Below the pieces are notes generated by a model. That model had not been told where the DNA came from, ran no database searches, and saw only the letters and a program-made list of their open reading frames with translations. 34,962 nucleotides of DNA from Octopus bimaculoides (Eukaryota): the NCBI RefSeq assembly GCF_001194135.2, contig NC_068996.1, forward strand, positions 45,354,968-45,389,929, in the 5' to 3' direction. The translations under genes were made by a program, and so were the position numbers. Numbering within the stretch: position 1 is the first letter of the stretch; the number at the start of each line of letters is the position of its first letter. This document shows, one piece after another, positions 32,929 through 34,962 of the stretch.

Positions 32929-33696
32929 TTTTATATAAGATAAAATAATGCCCAGAAATATATATAATAGGAACCCTGCATATTGTTATCATTCGGATAT
33001 ATATGTATATATATNNNNNNNNNNNNNNNNNNNNNNNNNNNNNNNNNNNNNNNNNNNNNNNNNNNNNNNNNNNNNNNNNNNNNNNNNNNNNNNNNNNNNN
33101 NNNNNNNNNNNNNNNNNNNNNNNNNNNNNNNNNNNNNNNNNNNNNNNNNNNNNNNNNNNNNNNNNNNNNNNNNNNNNNNNNNNNNNNNNNNNNNNNNNNN
33201 NNNNNNNNNNNNNNNNNNNNNNNNNNNNNNNNNNNNNNNNNNNNNNNNNNNNNNNNNNNNNNNNNNNNNNNNNNNNNNNNNNNNNNNNNNNNNNNNNNNN
33301 NNNNNNNNNNNNNNNNNNNNNNNNNNNNNNNNNNNNNNNNNNNNNNNNNNNNNNNNNNNNNNNNNNNNNNNNNNNNNNNNNNNNNNNNNNNNNNNNNNNN
33401 NNNNNNNNNNNNNNNNNNNNNNNNNNNNNNNNNNNNNNNNNNNNNNNNNNNNNNNNNNNNNNNNNNNNNNNNNNNNNNNNNNNNNNNNNNNNNNNNNNNN
33501 NNNNNNNNNNNNNNNNNNNNNNNNNNNNNNNNNNNNNNNNNNNNNNNNNNNNNNNNNNNNNNNNNNNNNNNNNNNNNNNNNNNNNNNNNNNNNNNNNNNN
33601 NNNNNNNNNNNNNNNNNNNNNNNNNNNNNNNNNNNNNNNNNNNNNNNNNNNNNNNNNNNNNNNNNNNNNNNNNNNNNNNNNNNNNNNNNNNNNNNA

Positions 33697-34962
33697 GGTG
33701 GCGTCGTGTATGGGTGGTTGTTTGTTTTGATGTTGTTTTTTGTTGTTTGTTTTTGTATTTATGTAGTTCATTAATTCTGTGTTTGTAGTGTCTATTGCTG
33801 TGAGCATGTTTTCTGTATGTGTTCTTGTGGTGTTGATGTTGTTTGTGGTATGTTTGGAGACGATGGTTTCGGGAGATGTATATCTCCCTGCTTTGTTGGT
33901 GTTTGCATTTGGTTTGGTTCTTTTTTTACTCCTTTTCCTCCGCCCTTTTCGGGCTATTTGCCACTCACTACTGCTACTTTCGTCCTCGGACGAGTCTTCC
34001 GAGGAATCGGAAGGGGGTAAGGTCATGTCGTGTGCTTGTGTGTTTGTTTGTTGAACTGGGTGTGTTGTTGATGGTTGTTGATTATCTGCTTGTGGTGTAT
34101 GTGATGTGGGAGAAGGGGAATTAGTTTTTGTATTGTCTTTTGCTTTTACTGTTTCCTTAGTTCATGTAGTTGTTGTTTGTGTTTTTTCGGGTGCATTTGT
34201 TGGTGTAGGCGGGCTTGGTTTGTGGGATTCTTCTGTTTTACTCCTTTTGCTCGTTCTTTGTGTTGGTGGTGGTGTGGGTAGTAGGGGTCCAATTTTGGCT
34301 GTTTTTCCTTCTTGTTGTTTTTTGTTATCTGTTGCTGTTGGGCAATCTTTTTTGAGGTGCCCTTCGATGCCACACAGGTAGCATCGAGGCCTTCTACCTT
34401 CTACCACAACGTAGAGGGTGCGGCCGTCTGGCAGCTCAATTTGAGTTGGAAATTCTTTTGATTCTTCCTGTGTAATCTGTAACAGGACATCGAATGTTTT
34501 TCCATTCCAGTCTTCCTGCTTTAATGCAGTAGTTTCTAGAATGTTTATATTTCCTTCCATGTGATAACAAATAGCTGATGATAACAGCCAATGTGGTTCC
34601 ACTTCTGGAGGGACATTTTTTATCGATACTCTGGTTACCCTTTGTCCAAGGTACGTGGGTACCAATATTATATGTTCAGAACGAAGAGTCAGCGTGGACA
34701 ACTCTTTCGCTTTCTCTTCGCTGTCAAATCTAACTTGCACGCTGGCGAAACTGTTTGCCCAGTTTATGTATTTCTTGTGGGCCAATATGGGATACAAACA
34801 TTGTTCAATAGTTTCTGTTGCTGGTTGCTCTGGTTTTCTTGTTTTTGTGTTCAAAATTTTGTATATGATGGTTTGTTTTTGTACATCATGAATGATTTTT
34901 TCAGGTATTTTTAATTTTAGTTTTGGTCCTTGTTGGCTTAATAGTCTTTTTGTTTCTTGAAT
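33697..34962 (-). mobile_element. L1/Tx1-like non-LTR retrotransposon ORF1 (gag-like), partial
   Basis: The frame is open from the window edge (IQETKRLL...) through VQVRF...RVSIKNVPPEV...LYVVVEGRRPR-CYLCGIEGHLKKDC (CX2CX4HX4C knuckle). After one TGA at 34162-34164 it continues in frame (T/S/K-rich) to the gap. The clade call rests on architecture only. Confidence 0.65.

Noticed and set aside
616-33788. All long ORFs containing X runs (e.g. 616..1566, 14831..15943, 28869..29702, 32948..33730)
   Set aside because: They are open only because N gaps contain no stops, and most of their flanks are microsatellite translations.

Overview
This is repeat-dominated eukaryotic non-coding DNA, about 16% assembly gaps (N runs at 723-1491, 2591-2690, 11904-12366, 15001-15870, 26094-26196, 28908-29642, 31660-31839, 33015-33696, plus three 10-N gaps). 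The gaps are mostly flanked by microsatellites. I recognise no host protein-coding exon, rRNA, true tRNA or CRISPR array, and most of the ORF track is translated microsatellite or N. The SINE families and microsatellite density look like an octopus (coleoid cephalopod) genome; this is inference from remembered repeat sequences. Recognisable content: three abundant tRNA-headed SINE families; four or five fragments of restriction-like-endonuclease (RLE; R4/Dong-like) LINEs; a dead Neptune-type Penelope-like element (GIY-YIG); an L1/Tx1-like ORF1 with a CCHC knuckle; a decayed Helitron PIF1 helicase; and four Tc1/mariner-superfamily MITEs. Best leads: (1) a minimal hammerhead ribozyme in a ~180-bp module nested in a SINE (TA)n tract (19179-19215), with other degraded hammerhead-like motifs elsewhere; (2) an RLE LINE in a (TAA)n tract with an L1-style 5' inversion and a 16-bp x4 internal amplification (26432-27005); (3) a 24-bp pre-miRNA-sized hairpin (10138-10192). 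I see no evidence of a new multi-gene system. No searches or folding programs were run.
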